A stretch of 57,526 nt of DNA from Patescibacteria group bacterium (GTDB lineage: Bacteria > Patescibacteriota > Doudnabacteria > UBA920 > VMFF01): assembly GCA_038065615.1 (NCBI GenBank), contig JBBTQQ010000002.1, forward strand, positions 1 through 57,526. The letters are read 5' to 3'. A program made the translations under genes and the position numbers. Positions 8,817 to 18,504 of the stretch are shown in pieces (position 1 is the stretch's first letter; every line of letters starts with the position of its first letter). The notes under the pieces were generated by a model, which was not told the DNA's origin, ran no database searches, and saw only the letters and a list, made by a program, of their open reading frames with translations.

Positions 8817-10990
8817 TATCTTCCTTCTAATACTAATCCTAAGAATGTGTCCTCTGAAAGACTTGAGTTGTAATTAATCTTTCCTAGGGAGTTTTTCAAA
8901 TTACCAGTGTACCACAAAACCTTAGCATTGGTTTTAAGGGAATAATCAATCTTTAAAGGATTTGCTCCTGGCTGTTTTTGAAGCAAAAGACTATATTTTC
9001 TTGAATCATCTAGATTAAAAGGTAATCTGTATTTTAAGGTCACAACAGCTTCTTCTCCTGGTAAAACCTCAATCCAGTTTGCAAAATATGTTTTCCCTGC
9101 TTCAATCCCCTCTACTGTTCCTGATGTTTGATCTACTACTTTAGAAACTGAATCATATTTTAACAAATCAGAATCTTTTTTAAACTGATTCTTCAAAGCA
9201 TCAATTAAGTTTGCAGTGTATCCACTGCCATCTGACTTGTAATATGGTTTTTTAACAAAACCTTGTGCAGAAACAAATTTGCTCCCTTTTGGAACCAAGA
9301 ATCTGACATAATCAATGTTCTTTGCTTGCTCATACAAATTTAACTGATGTTTTCTTGTGTAAGTTATTGTATTAACAATACTGCCATCTTCTTGCACTTC
9401 AGAATTTAAAACCGCGCTTTGTTGAATACTTAAATCGGTTTTCCTTCCACCAAGATTTGTATTGTAAATTGCTAAATAGTCTCTGTCTGTATCTAAAATT
9501 CTTCCAGCCCAGGAATAGCTTTCAAAAATCTCCTGAACATTTTTGTTTCGATCATAGAACATCAAATTTTTCTTTGACAAAGAACTAAACAAAATACCCA
9601 GTAATTCTGATTTTTGCTCTGGTGTTGCTAAAGATATTTTTTGTAGTAGTAATGGCGCAAAATCAGAAAGTATTTGTTTTGGTTTGTTCTCTTTCTTGTT
9701 ATAACCAATTGAAGTATTTAACTGAACCTGCTCTCTAAAGTTATTAGCATTTAAACTAACATTGTACTTAGGAAGATCAATTGGTCCTAACACAGAAAGC
9801 AAATCAACAAACATATCTGGGGTCATCGCAACAACAGCATCAGGAGTTTGTTTACCTGCCTTTTCATAAAAAGAAATTGCTTTTAGCGCTGACTCCTTAA
9901 AATCAACAAACCAGTTTGAGTCTCTTAAGCCCCAGCTATCTGTTAAATCATGAAAAGGTCCAGGTGGCGCAATCTTTTCTAAAATCTGTCCGTCAAGATC
10001 ATAGACGCTAGATATTTTCTGTGATTCAATCTTCCCATTGTTTAACTTAAAGAAACCATAAGTACCAATGAACCCACCGGTTGCTCTTAACTCATTGTTG
10101 TTTTCAAACAAAACCAACAAAGTCTTAGAACCAGGTCCCAAAAACTGCTGAAAGAGATTAAGGATTGAGGAAATCTGACTTAAAGCAACACTTCCCTGCT
10201 CCAAATTATTTTTGTAATTAACAAACTGATCTCTTAAATCCTCAGGCAAATACTTTGAATCAACCTTGCTTAAGTTTTCTGTTGCTTTCTTAATACCATC
10301 TTCAGCGTCATTCAAATATTTTTTTGTGGCATTAAGTGTTTGATACAAACCATCAGGACTACTAAAGCCATTCTCAGAAACCTGAATTTGCGATGTCATC
10401 GCATAAAAGTTGTTCAAAGCAATACCGCTTGCTGAAAGTTCTGCCCCTGCTTCAAGCAGATTCTGAGCTGCTTGTCCTTCAGGCAAAATCTTGATCGCGC
10501 TTGAAACCAAACCTCCCAAACTACTAATATCTTTTCTTGCTTGCTCAAAATTGTTCTGCGCAAACTCAAGTTGTTTTTGTACTCCAACAAAATCTTTTTC
10601 AGAAGCTAACACCTGCGCTTCTTTTAACTGACTAAGAGCTTGTTTGGCTGTACCAATGACTTGAGAGCGGGTTTGAATTCCCGACGCAACTATTGAAGCG
10701 CTTTTTAAAGAAACAAAACAAAGCAAGGCAAGAACACCAAAAACAAGTGTTTCTTTTTGTATAACAGAGAGCTTTGGATATTTTGCAACAACTTGCTTGT
10801 TTAACAAATTAATATCAGCAGGAAATATTTCAGACTCTAACAAATCCTCTTTGCTTGGAAGTAATATCTTAGGACCTGAAACAATATTTTTAGGTGCAAC
10901 AAAAGACTCTCTCTGAACCACAGGTTTCTCAACCTTCTTCTTCAGAAACTCATCATACCTATTCTTTTTCGGTCTTTTAATTTCTTGCAT
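8816..10990 (-). CDS. Large N-terminally anchored extracytoplasmic protein, DUF4012-like
   Basis: 724 aa with a TM segment near residue 85. The NNELRATGGFIGTYG segment is what I recall as characteristic of DUF4012 (from memory, unverified). Its stop shares position 8816 with the murJ start. Confidence 0.45.
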   Translation of the reverse strand: MQEIKRPKKNRYDEFLKKKVEKPVVQRESFVAPKNIVSGPKILLPSKEDLLESEIFPADINLLNKQVVAKYPKLSVIQKETLVFGVLALLCFVSLKSASIVASGIQTRSQVIGTAKQALSQLKEAQVLASEKDFVGVQKQLEFAQNNFEQARKDISSLGGLVSSAIKILPEGQAAQNLLEAGAELSASGIALNNFYAMTSQIQVSENGFSSPDGLYQTLNATKKYLNDAEDGIKKATENLSKVDSKYLPEDLRDQFVNYKNNLEQGSVALSQISSILNLFQQFLGPGSKTLLVLFENNNELRATGGFIGTYGFFKLNNGKIESQKISSVYDLDGQILEKIAPPGPFHDLTDSWGLRDSNWFVDFKESALKAISFYEKAGKQTPDAVVAMTPDMFVDLLSVLGPIDLPKYNVSLNANNFREQVQLNTSIGYNKKENKPKQILSDFAPLLLQKISLATPEQKSELLGILFSSLSKKNLMFYDRNKNVQEIFESYSWAGRILDTDRDYLAIYNTNLGGRKTDLSIQQSAVLNSEVQEDGSIVNTITYTRKHQLNLYEQAKNIDYVRFLVPKGSKFVSAQGFVKKPYYKSDGSGYTANLIDALKNQFKKDSDLLKYDSVSKVVDQTSGTVEGIEAGKTYFANWIEVLPGEEAVVTLKYRLPFNLDDSRKYSLLLQKQPGANPLKIDYSLKTNAKVLWYTGNLKNSLGKINYNSSLSEDTFLGLVLEGR

Positions 10991-10993
10991 AAC

Positions 10994-12112
10994 TTAAACG
11001 TCCAAATGCTTAGAAATATTCAACAAAACACCAACAGCAGAAAGCAAAACAACCAAGGCTGAGGAGCCAAAAGAAACAAAAGGCAACGGAATGCCCGTTA
11101 AAGGCAAAACTCCGATTATCGCTCCTATATTAATCAAAGCTTGAAAAGAAATCCAAGAGATAATACCGACAGCAAGCATTTTTCCAAATGTATCAGGAGC
11201 GTGATTTGCTATTCTCAACCCCCTAAAAGCAAGGATTAAGAATAGACCGATAATCAATCCAGAACGCAGAAATCCAAGTTCTTCCACTGTTACAGCAAAG
11301 ATTGAATCTCCCATAACCTCAGGAAGATAGTTATACTTTTGTCTTGATTCTGTATATCCTCTACCAAAAAATCCTCCTGACCCAATCGCAACCATTGCTT
11401 GGTTAATCTGATACCCAATCCCTTGTGGGTCTATTCCTGGATTTAAAAACGTAGTTAAACGTTGTAAACGATATGGCTCTAATTTAATCAAAATACCCAT
11501 AGCCACAAGTCCAGCAACAAAAATCCAGAGCAAATGTTTAATCTTTGAACCTCCAACAAAAAGCATTATAAAAGCTGTTACTGTAATAACTAGCATTGTT
11601 CCAATATCAGGTTGTAAGATAATTAAACCCGCGATTGCTCCTATGATTACAAGAGTTGGAATAATGCCATAGTAAAAGTCATCAATCTCTTCCCTCCTTT
11701 TATCAATCCAAGAAGCAATATAGAAAATGAGGGCGAGCTTCGCTATCTCAGCTGGTTGAAAAAACAAAGGTCCAAAATCCAACCAGCGTCTTGCATTACC
11801 AACCTTAAAACCCACACCAGGGACTAAAACTAAAGCAAGCAAAACAATACTAAGAAATATTAAAAGGGGTGCCAGCTTCTGCCATCTGTGATAGTCAATC
11901 TTACTAAAAATATACATACAAAGTAACCCAAGCAAAACTCCTTGAGTTAGCTGATTAAAAAAATAATGGGTGTTATTACCAAACTTTGAAAAAGAAAGAA
12001 CAGTTGACGCAGAATACAAAATAACTAAACCAACGCCAAGCAATATCAAAACAACTGCTGTCAGCTTGTAATCAACTGTTGCTTGTTTAATTCTATTCCT
12101 AACTATTGCCAT
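10994..12112 (-). CDS. ftsW: SEDS-family peptidoglycan polymerase FtsW/RodA
   Basis: About 10 TM helices with family-typical segments QPAEIAKL, LQPDIGT and SRQKYNYLPE. Start moved to MAIVRNR (12112), because the track's 12202 start runs 100 nt into murD. Confidence 0.85.
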   Translation of the reverse strand: MAIVRNRIKQATVDYKLTAVVLILLGVGLVILYSASTVLSFSKFGNNTHYFFNQLTQGVLLGLLCMYIFSKIDYHRWQKLAPLLIFLSIVLLALVLVPGVGFKVGNARRWLDFGPLFFQPAEIAKLALIFYIASWIDKRREEIDDFYYGIIPTLVIIGAIAGLIILQPDIGTMLVITVTAFIMLFVGGSKIKHLLWIFVAGLVAMGILIKLEPYRLQRLTTFLNPGIDPQGIGYQINQAMVAIGSGGFFGRGYTESRQKYNYLPEVMGDSIFAVTVEELGFLRSGLIIGLFLILAFRGLRIANHAPDTFGKMLAVGIISWISFQALINIGAIIGVLPLTGIPLPFVSFGSSALVVLLSAVGVLLNISKHLDV

Positions 12113-13508
12113 ATTTTCTTGCAGCTTCTTTAAATTGATTCCCTCGATCCTTGTAATCTTTAAACATCCCAAAACTTGAAGTCGCGGGCGCAAGCAAAAC
12201 AATATCCCCTTCTAAAGCAATTTCCTTAATCTGCTCAAAAGCTTCAGGCATACTTTTTGCACCAGTATATATTTTTCCAACGAAAAAATTCTTCAAAAGT
12301 GCTTGCTCTAGTATTTCAGATATCTGCCCTATTAAAACAACCCCCTTTATCTGTTTTAACTTAGTTACCTCATATGCAAAAGATTCATAATCAGCACCCT
12401 TGTTAACACCTCCCATTATGACTATTTCTGGTTTACTAAACGCCTTCATAGCTGCAAGCGCGCTTTCAGGAGTTGTTCCAAACGAGTCATCAAAAAACTG
12501 AACACCATTAAATGTTCCAACCTCTTCTAACCTGTGCTCTAAACCTTTGTACTCCCTTATGGTTTGCAATATTACCTGATCAGTAATACCAGGTTCTTCT
12601 TTAGAAACAATCTTTGAAACCATAATTGCAGCACAAACATTCTGAAGATTATGAAAACCAGGCAAAGAAAACTCTTTCGCATCAGCATAAAACTGAGTTT
12701 CTGAATCATTAACAAGATATATATGCTTTTCTAACTCTTCAGCAAATATTCCATCTTTGATCTTTAAAAACTCTTCTGCTTTGTAAATCTTGAAAGGATC
12801 TGCTTTACCAACACTTTCTTCTTGCAATGTCTGAACAAAATATTTCTTCGCGCTTCCCAACTTTCCAATGATCATCGCCTGCTCATAGTCGCTGTTAACA
12901 ATCGCAAAATCATTTTTGGTTTGAAATTTAGTAATGGGACTCTTTGCGTCATAGTATTCTGAAATATCTTTGTGATAGTCAAGGTGCTCTGGAACAACCA
13001 TTAAAACAACCGCAATGTGTGGACTAACATCAACATCAGCTAGTTGAAAACTTGAAAGCTCTAAAACAATGTATGCGTCGTCTTCAGAAAGCAAACTTAA
13101 AACCTCTGAACCAAAGTTACCACCCAAGAAAACTTTTAACCCAGAGTTCTTAAGTATTTCATAAACCAACTTCGCGGTTGTACCCTTTCCTTTTGAACCA
13201 GTAATACCAATTATCTTTGATTTAGTGTTTTGTAGGAAAAACTTCAATTGTGATGTTAAAACAATCCCTTTTTCTCGTGCTTGTAAAAGACTTGGCTCTG
13301 AAAGCTTAATTCCTGGTGATCTAAAAAGAATTTCCCGATCAAAAATCTCTGAGAAATCTTTGGCGTTTGTTTTTACTCTAACCTCTGAATCTTGATCATA
13401 CACTTCAAAAGACAAGCCGTTCTTAGTTAAAAAAGCAGCAACTGCTTGCCCTTCTATACCAAAACCCAAGATACCAATCTTTTTTTCTTGTAAGTCTGTA
13501 ATATTCAT
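12099..13508 (-). CDS. murD: UDP-N-acetylmuramoylalanine--D-glutamate ligase
   Basis: Rossmann-like N-terminus KIGILGFGIEG and Mur ligase P-loop GITGSKGKGTT. Sits between mraY and ftsW, as in dcw clusters. Confidence 0.9.
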   Translation of the reverse strand: MNITDLQEKKIGILGFGIEGQAVAAFLTKNGLSFEVYDQDSEVRVKTNAKDFSEIFDREILFRSPGIKLSEPSLLQAREKGIVLTSQLKFFLQNTKSKIIGITGSKGKGTTAKLVYEILKNSGLKVFLGGNFGSEVLSLLSEDDAYIVLELSSFQLADVDVSPHIAVVLMVVPEHLDYHKDISEYYDAKSPITKFQTKNDFAIVNSDYEQAMIIGKLGSAKKYFVQTLQEESVGKADPFKIYKAEEFLKIKDGIFAEELEKHIYLVNDSETQFYADAKEFSLPGFHNLQNVCAAIMVSKIVSKEEPGITDQVILQTIREYKGLEHRLEEVGTFNGVQFFDDSFGTTPESALAAMKAFSKPEIVIMGGVNKGADYESFAYEVTKLKQIKGVVLIGQISEILEQALLKNFFVGKIYTGAKSMPEAFEQIKEIALEGDIVLLAPATSSFGMFKDYKDRGNQFKEAARKYGNS

Positions 13509-15073
13509 TAGCTATGTTTTCTTAAAACTCTGCCATTTAATTTTTGAGTTAATTCTCCATTAACAAGCGCTTTTCTGCCATTTACTAAAACTAAATCAAT
13601 ACCTGTTGGCTGCTGGAAAGGATTTGAAAAACTTGCCTTAGAATTAACGGATTCATCAAAAACGACAATATCCGCGTAGTTATCAACTGCCAACACCCCC
13701 CTGTGCTTTAACCCTATTTTACTTGCTGGAATTGATGTCATCTTTTGAATCGCCTGTTCAATACTACAAAGCTTTTCTTTCAACACAAGGCTTAAAAACT
13801 TTGGCATTGAACCAAAACATCTTGGATGCACTAAAGAATCTCTTCCTTTAATTGGAAAACCAGCGCCGTCTGTTGCAACAATTCCTAAAGCATGGGAAAG
13901 CAACTCATTTACCTGTTTTTGTTCCAAGTTTCTTTCAAAGACTAAAATCTCACTACCACCGCGCTCAACAATATTTAACAATGCTTCTTCAACATCAACT
14001 CCTTGTCGTTCAGCAATCTCAGCCAATGTTTTTCCATTAACATTTAAAGACATCGTTGTGCTTGCAATGAAGATTGAAGCATAATCAATATTTTTTCCTT
14101 GCAAATATGCTTTAACCTTGTTTCTTTGAATTGGATCCTTAAGATGACGCATCATTGCTTCTCTGCCGCCTTCATAACTCCACTTTGGTAAATATGTATA
14201 AAGAACCTGCCAAACAAAATCATATGGATACACATCAAAATGAACATTGCTTCCTTTTTGATACGCTGTTTCAATGCTATGTAAAGCATCATCAAACAAA
14301 TGCCAATTTTCTTTGTTCCTGACTTTCAAATGCGATATCTTTAAATTAACACCGGTCTTTGAAGCTAAATCAAGCGCTTCATTAATGCTTTCCAAAAGTT
14401 CAGCGCCTTCAGAACGTAAATGCACTGCGAGCATTGCATGATGTTTTTTCAATGTTTCTGAAAGAGTTAAAAGCTCATCTGATGCAATCACAGCTTCATG
14501 AGCATACGACAAACCAGAGGACAAACCAAAAGCTCCTGCTTTCAAACTATGTTCCAAAGCTTTAATTAAAATGACCATTTCCTCTGGTTGAAGAGGACGA
14601 ATCTCATCTTTAACCAATCCTCGACGTAGCGTTGAATATCCAACAAGGCTCCCAATGTTTACCCCAAAGTTTCTTTTGCTTAACTCATTTAAATATTCAT
14701 CAAATGTTAACCAATTAAAATTAACACCTTCTAAATTGTGCCATTTCTGAATTGAAAGAAGAGCGTCTCTTGAAAGCAAAGGCGCTAAAGATGCCCCGCA
14801 ATTACCAATGATTGCTGTTGTAATTCCTTGAGCAACCAAACTATCTAAACTAGGGCTGTCAAAAACAGTCCAATAGACGTCAGAGTGGTTTTGAATATCA
14901 ATGAACCCTGGAGCAATGTATTTCCCGGTTGCGTCATATATTTCCTCTGCATTAGCTTTTTGTAAATTACCGATCTGAACAATTCTGTCCTGTTCAATTG
15001 CAATATCAGCCTTAAACGCAGGCTTCCCTGTTCCGTCAATTATTGTCCCGTTTTTTATGATCTTTGAATACAT
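13508..15073 (-). CDS. Amidohydrolase-superfamily enzyme, N-acyl-D-amino-acid deacylase (D-aminoacylase)-like
   Basis: N-terminal IIDGTGKPAFKADIAIEQDRIVQIG and metal motif GFIDIQNHSD. Length and layout fit the D-aminoacylase family. Its stop shares position 13508 with the murD start. Confidence 0.7.
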   Translation of the reverse strand: MYSKIIKNGTIIDGTGKPAFKADIAIEQDRIVQIGNLQKANAEEIYDATGKYIAPGFIDIQNHSDVYWTVFDSPSLDSLVAQGITTAIIGNCGASLAPLLSRDALLSIQKWHNLEGVNFNWLTFDEYLNELSKRNFGVNIGSLVGYSTLRRGLVKDEIRPLQPEEMVILIKALEHSLKAGAFGLSSGLSYAHEAVIASDELLTLSETLKKHHAMLAVHLRSEGAELLESINEALDLASKTGVNLKISHLKVRNKENWHLFDDALHSIETAYQKGSNVHFDVYPYDFVWQVLYTYLPKWSYEGGREAMMRHLKDPIQRNKVKAYLQGKNIDYASIFIASTTMSLNVNGKTLAEIAERQGVDVEEALLNIVERGGSEILVFERNLEQKQVNELLSHALGIVATDGAGFPIKGRDSLVHPRCFGSMPKFLSLVLKEKLCSIEQAIQKMTSIPASKIGLKHRGVLAVDNYADIVVFDESVNSKASFSNPFQQPTGIDLVLVNGRKALVNGELTQKLNGRVLRKHS

Positions 15074-15095
15074 TTTGTTTTTCCCTCTTTTTTGA

Positions 15096-16142
15096 TTAAG
15101 ACTTTATGCCAACGAAATGAATAATTACACCGAGCATTGCAAAAACCATTGAAATGATCCAAAGCCGCATGGTTACTTTTGCTTCAGGCCAACCAGAAGC
15201 TTCTAGATGATGATGGAGTGGTGATGAAAGCAACAGCTTTCTTCCAAAAACTTTACGCCAAAATATCTGACCAAACAAAGAAAGTGCTTCAATTACAAAA
15301 ACAATTCCAATAATCGGTAAAATTAGTTCACCGTGCAGAAGGAAGGCAATGACAGCTAAAACAGTTCCAAGACCCATTGAACCCGTGTCTCCCATGAAAA
15401 ACATTGCCGGAAAAATATTAAACCAAAGAAAAGCGAGTAAAGCACCTGAAATAACTCCAATGAAAGAAGCTAACTCATAACGTCCTTCTAGATATGCGAT
15501 TAATCCATATGCTAAAAAAGACGTCAACAAAGTTCCACCTGCTAAACCGTCTAAACCATCAGTTTGATTTACAGAAAAACTAGTGCCAACCGCAGCAAGA
15601 ATGAAGAATGGAATGTATAGCCAACCAATATAGAGGTTTCCAAAAAAAGGAACTGAGAGATAGTCAAAGCCGAGTTTGAAATAGAACCAATAAGCACCAA
15701 CTGCTGCTACTAGAGCATAGAAAATTAACTTGTATCTAAAACGAATGCCTCTGTTCTTGTAACCTCTTCCTCTCCAATCTAAATAGTCATCAAACAAACC
15801 AATCAAAGAAGCGCCAAACAAAGCTCCAACAGGAAGTAATGTTTCTTTACGTGTTAAAAAGTTTAATATATGAAAATATTCAATATGTAAAACTCTATCT
15901 AAAAACCAAAACAAAGAGATTAAAAAACATGTTGTTCCCCAAACAAGGATTCCTGCCATAGTTGGTGTTCCCTGCTTCCCAGCATGCATATGACTATACA
16001 CAGGAGTTGAACCATCATTACGGATATTTTTCCCAATTTTGAACTTTAAAAGAAGGTTAGTTAGCAAAGGAGTAGCTGCTAAAGCAACGAAAAAAGAAAT
16101 CCCTGCCAAAATTAAAACTTTTAGGAGATGATAACTGATCAT
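15096..16142 (-). CDS. mraY: Phospho-N-acetylmuramoyl-pentapeptide transferase
   Basis: Polytopic membrane protein with MraY-typical segments GTPTMAG, NQTDGLDGLAGG, MGDTGSMGLG and SSPLHHHLE. Confidence 0.95.
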   Translation of the reverse strand: MISYHLLKVLILAGISFFVALAATPLLTNLLLKFKIGKNIRNDGSTPVYSHMHAGKQGTPTMAGILVWGTTCFLISLFWFLDRVLHIEYFHILNFLTRKETLLPVGALFGASLIGLFDDYLDWRGRGYKNRGIRFRYKLIFYALVAAVGAYWFYFKLGFDYLSVPFFGNLYIGWLYIPFFILAAVGTSFSVNQTDGLDGLAGGTLLTSFLAYGLIAYLEGRYELASFIGVISGALLAFLWFNIFPAMFFMGDTGSMGLGTVLAVIAFLLHGELILPIIGIVFVIEALSLFGQIFWRKVFGRKLLLSSPLHHHLEASGWPEAKVTMRLWIISMVFAMLGVIIHFVGIKS

Positions 16143-16201
16143 AATATGTTTTTACGCTTTTTATTATACCACAAAATGAGTAATATTCTAAATCTAAGCT
16201 C

Positions 16202-16230
16202 TTGCTGATAAAATGTGTTTTCTGTAGAAT
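16202..16230 (+). promoter_or_regulatory. Candidate sigma70-like promoter of the GC-2 cassette
   Basis: TTGCTG (16202-16207), 17-nt spacer, TAGAAT (16225-16230), 26 nt before the ATG at 16257. Confidence 0.4.
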
Positions 16231-16256
16231 ACGAGCACACCTGAATCGGAGGAACC

Positions 16257-16511
16257 ATGGCTGGAGGAAGCATGTCTGTGGAAACGGTGGAAACGAAGCC
16301 AGCGCACATCGAGACTGTGATCGGCGTGGTCGCACTCGTGATTGCAGCGCTCGTTGCAGCTTCGATCCTCGCGATCAACATCAACGCTCATGACGCAATC
16401 AAGGAGGTCGGCTTCTGGACCGGGATGGCCTATCGGGTCATTACCTTCACGTCGTGGCTTCTGGCTGCGGCACTCGCCGGGATCGGCTCACAGCTCGTTC
16501 GTGACGCCTGA
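16257..16511 (+). CDS. 84-aa two-TM small membrane protein, compositionally foreign (GC-2)
   Basis: GGAGG (16248-16252) lies 4 nt before the ATG. Two hydrophobic spans: IETVIGVVALVIAALVAASILAINI and VITFTSWLLAAALAGIGSQLV. Lines 16261-16440 count 55/60/58% G+C. It is the only plus-strand gene in the 547-17616 minus-strand run. No family recognised. Confidence 0.55.
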   Translation: MAGGSMSVETVETKPAHIETVIGVVALVIAALVAASILAININAHDAIKEVGFWTGMAYRVITFTSWLLAAALAGIGSQLVRDA

Positions 16512-16543
16512 GATCAGCAACAGCCCTCCGCAAGAAAGCAAAA

Positions 16544-16604
16544 CCCCGATGACAAAGATGATCATCGGGGTAAGCGTCAATCAAAGCAGTTGCTGCTTTT
16601 TTTT
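16544..16604 (+). terminator. Two hairpins after the GC-2 ORF; the second has a T-run
   Basis: CCCCGATGA/TCATCGGGG (16544-16570), then AGCAG-TTG-CTGCT followed by seven T (16585-16604). The second hairpin abuts the convergent dac gene stop. Confidence 0.55.
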
Positions 16605-17616
16605 AATTCCAGCTGAAATTATCAAACACGTATTTAATCACTTCGAGTGTACTGTCGTTTCTGTCTGGTGTTCCTAAAACAATCGCAATAACTTTATTAC
16701 CGTTATCATTCACTGCTTCAACAATCATGTTGCCCTGAGCTTTTGCTGTATACCCTGTTTTTATGGATTTAATATTTTTGTATTCGAAAACTAAATCATT
16801 ACTGTTTTTAATCTTGTATATTTTACCTAACAACGATTCGAAAGTATAACTTGCTTGCTGACTCCAGATCTGATCATACGGTAATATATCAATCCCATAA
16901 TTAACTAACTTCCTTAAATCCTTTGCTGTTGAATAGTTTGCTTCTGAATCAAAACCAACTGGATTACTGAAATGCGTGTTTTCCATCCCGAGCTCTTTTG
17001 CTTTTGCATTCATCTTTGAAACAAAATCAGCTTTGTTTGGAAAATGGTTGGCAAGAGTTAATGCAGCATCATTTGCGGAACCAAGAAGCATTGCTTTAAG
17101 TAAGTCTTCAGGATAAACTTTGTCTCCTGGAACTAAACCAAGATACGGACTAACTTTCAAAGCGTCCTCTTGAGTTATGGTTATGCTCTCTTTAAAGTTT
17201 GGATCTTCAGAAGCAACGATTGCTGTCATGAATTTTGTTAAAGAAGCAATTGCTACTTGAGCATCTATGTTTTTCTGATACAAAATTGTTTGAACAGCAG
17301 GATCATACACCAAGAAAGCTTTTGCTTTAACATCAGGGACTACCGAGTAATTAGTTTGTTTAACAGCCTGTTCATTATTAACATCGCCTCCCCTTGGCGG
17401 AGTAGCAATAGGTCCTTGAAGTGGGGTAGAAAAATTAAAATCCTGACTTGTATCAGGAGATGTTACGTTAATTGTAGCACCTAAAACCTTTCCAGTCTTT
17501 GCTTGTGGTATTTGCCAATTGAAAGCAAACAACAGCAATGCAACTGCAGGGATTAGGATTGATAGATTTTGCGCTATTTTCCTTGGCACTTTTGTTTTTG
17601 TTTTAAATCCTTGCAA
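16603..17616 (-). CDS. D-alanyl-D-alanine carboxypeptidase (peptidase S11, PBP5-like)
   Basis: SxxK (ASLTKFM), SxN (GSANDAA) and KTG (KTGYT) motifs in the canonical order, plus an N-terminal anchor. Confidence 0.85.
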   Translation of the reverse strand: MQGFKTKTKVPRKIAQNLSILIPAVALLLFAFNWQIPQAKTGKVLGATINVTSPDTSQDFNFSTPLQGPIATPPRGGDVNNEQAVKQTNYSVVPDVKAKAFLVYDPAVQTILYQKNIDAQVAIASLTKFMTAIVASEDPNFKESITITQEDALKVSPYLGLVPGDKVYPEDLLKAMLLGSANDAALTLANHFPNKADFVSKMNAKAKELGMENTHFSNPVGFDSEANYSTAKDLRKLVNYGIDILPYDQIWSQQASYTFESLLGKIYKIKNSNDLVFEYKNIKSIKTGYTAKAQGNMIVEAVNDNGNKVIAIVLGTPDRNDSTLEVIKYVFDNFSWN

Positions 17617-17726
17617 GGATTAATTTATTTTTCTTTGTACTTTCAATATATAGTAGGTTGAGGGCTTTGACAACACCATTTGTTGTGGATAAAATGAAAA
17701 GGTCATTAAAATAATTAGGAAATACA

Positions 17727-18038
17727 ATGGACCTGACAAAAGACAATTTTGACAAAGAAGTGTTACAGACGGAAATGCCTGTAATCGTTGATTTTTGGGC
17801 AGCTTGGTGCGGACCATGCCGCGCAATTAGCCCAATAGTAGAGGAAATTGGCACAGAATACAGTGGCAAAGCAAAAGTCGTTAAAGTAAACGTTGATGAA
17901 GAGGGCGACCTTGCAATGCGCTACGGTGTTATGAGCTTGCCAACCTTAAAATATTTCAAAAATGGACAACAGGTCGGTGAAATAGTTGGAGCTGCTCCTA
18001 AAGCAAGCATTACAGCTGAATTAGACAAACATCTTTAA
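17727..18038 (+). CDS. trxA: Thioredoxin
   Basis: 103 aa with VDFWAAWCGPCR active site. Confidence 0.95.
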   Translation: MDLTKDNFDKEVLQTEMPVIVDFWAAWCGPCRAISPIVEEIGTEYSGKAKVVKVNVDEEGDLAMRYGVMSLPTLKYFKNGQQVGEIVGAAPKASITAELDKHL

Positions 18039-18062
18039 TCAACAAAAAGGAAACAAAAACAA

Positions 18063-18503
18063 ATGAATGATATTAAAAGCTTAAGAAGATCAAAGGAACA
18101 CCGTATTGTTGCCGGAGTTTGCGGAGGAATCGCCGAATATTTTGAAACAGACCCAGTACTAGTTCGTTTAATCTTTCTTGCAATCACTTTAATGGCAGGC
18201 TCTGGTATTGTCCTCTATCTCCTACTCATAGTTGTTATACCTGAACACGGCGACAGAACAAGTATTGTTGAAAAAGAACTTGGTAAATTAAAAGAAGATC
18301 TAAATCGAGAAGAAATGCCAAAGAACAAACACGATCAGCACTACAGTCACACACGAGGCGTCTTTGGTTTCTTTTTGATTATAATTGGTTTGATGGTTTT
18401 GTTGGATAACATGTTCCCAGAACTACACGTTGCTTCTTTCTGGCCAATGATCTTAATCTTCCTTGGTCTTGCAATCATGATGGGAAAACATAGACACCAT
18501 TAA
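18063..18503 (+). CDS. PspC domain-containing membrane protein
   Basis: LRRSKEHRIVAGVCGGIAEYFETDPVLVRLIF is a typical PspC N-terminal domain, followed by TM helices. Confidence 0.8.
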   Translation: MNDIKSLRRSKEHRIVAGVCGGIAEYFETDPVLVRLIFLAITLMAGSGIVLYLLLIVVIPEHGDRTSIVEKELGKLKEDLNREEMPKNKHDQHYSHTRGVFGFFLIIIGLMVLLDNMFPELHVASFWPMILIFLGLAIMMGKHRHH

Positions 18504-18504
18504 A

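Noticed and set aside
12113-12202. N-terminal extension of ftsW from the track start (12202). Likewise 1534-1551 for the LD-carboxypeptidase, 38361-38420 for lexA, 20343-20402 for the GIY-YIG gene and 46227-46271 for the TM-helix protein.
   Set aside because: The extensions overlap the upstream gene, a terminator or a promoter, and they add non-homologous residues. Internal ATG codons give N-termini that match the families.
16057-16677. Cluster of overlapping track ORFs (16057-16335, 16139-16384, 16194-16391 minus; 16202-16393, 16342-16677 plus)
   Set aside because: They overlap mraY, the dac gene or each other, lack SD sequences, and are explained by stop-poor GC-rich sequence. Only 16257-16511 has an SD, TM helices and terminators.
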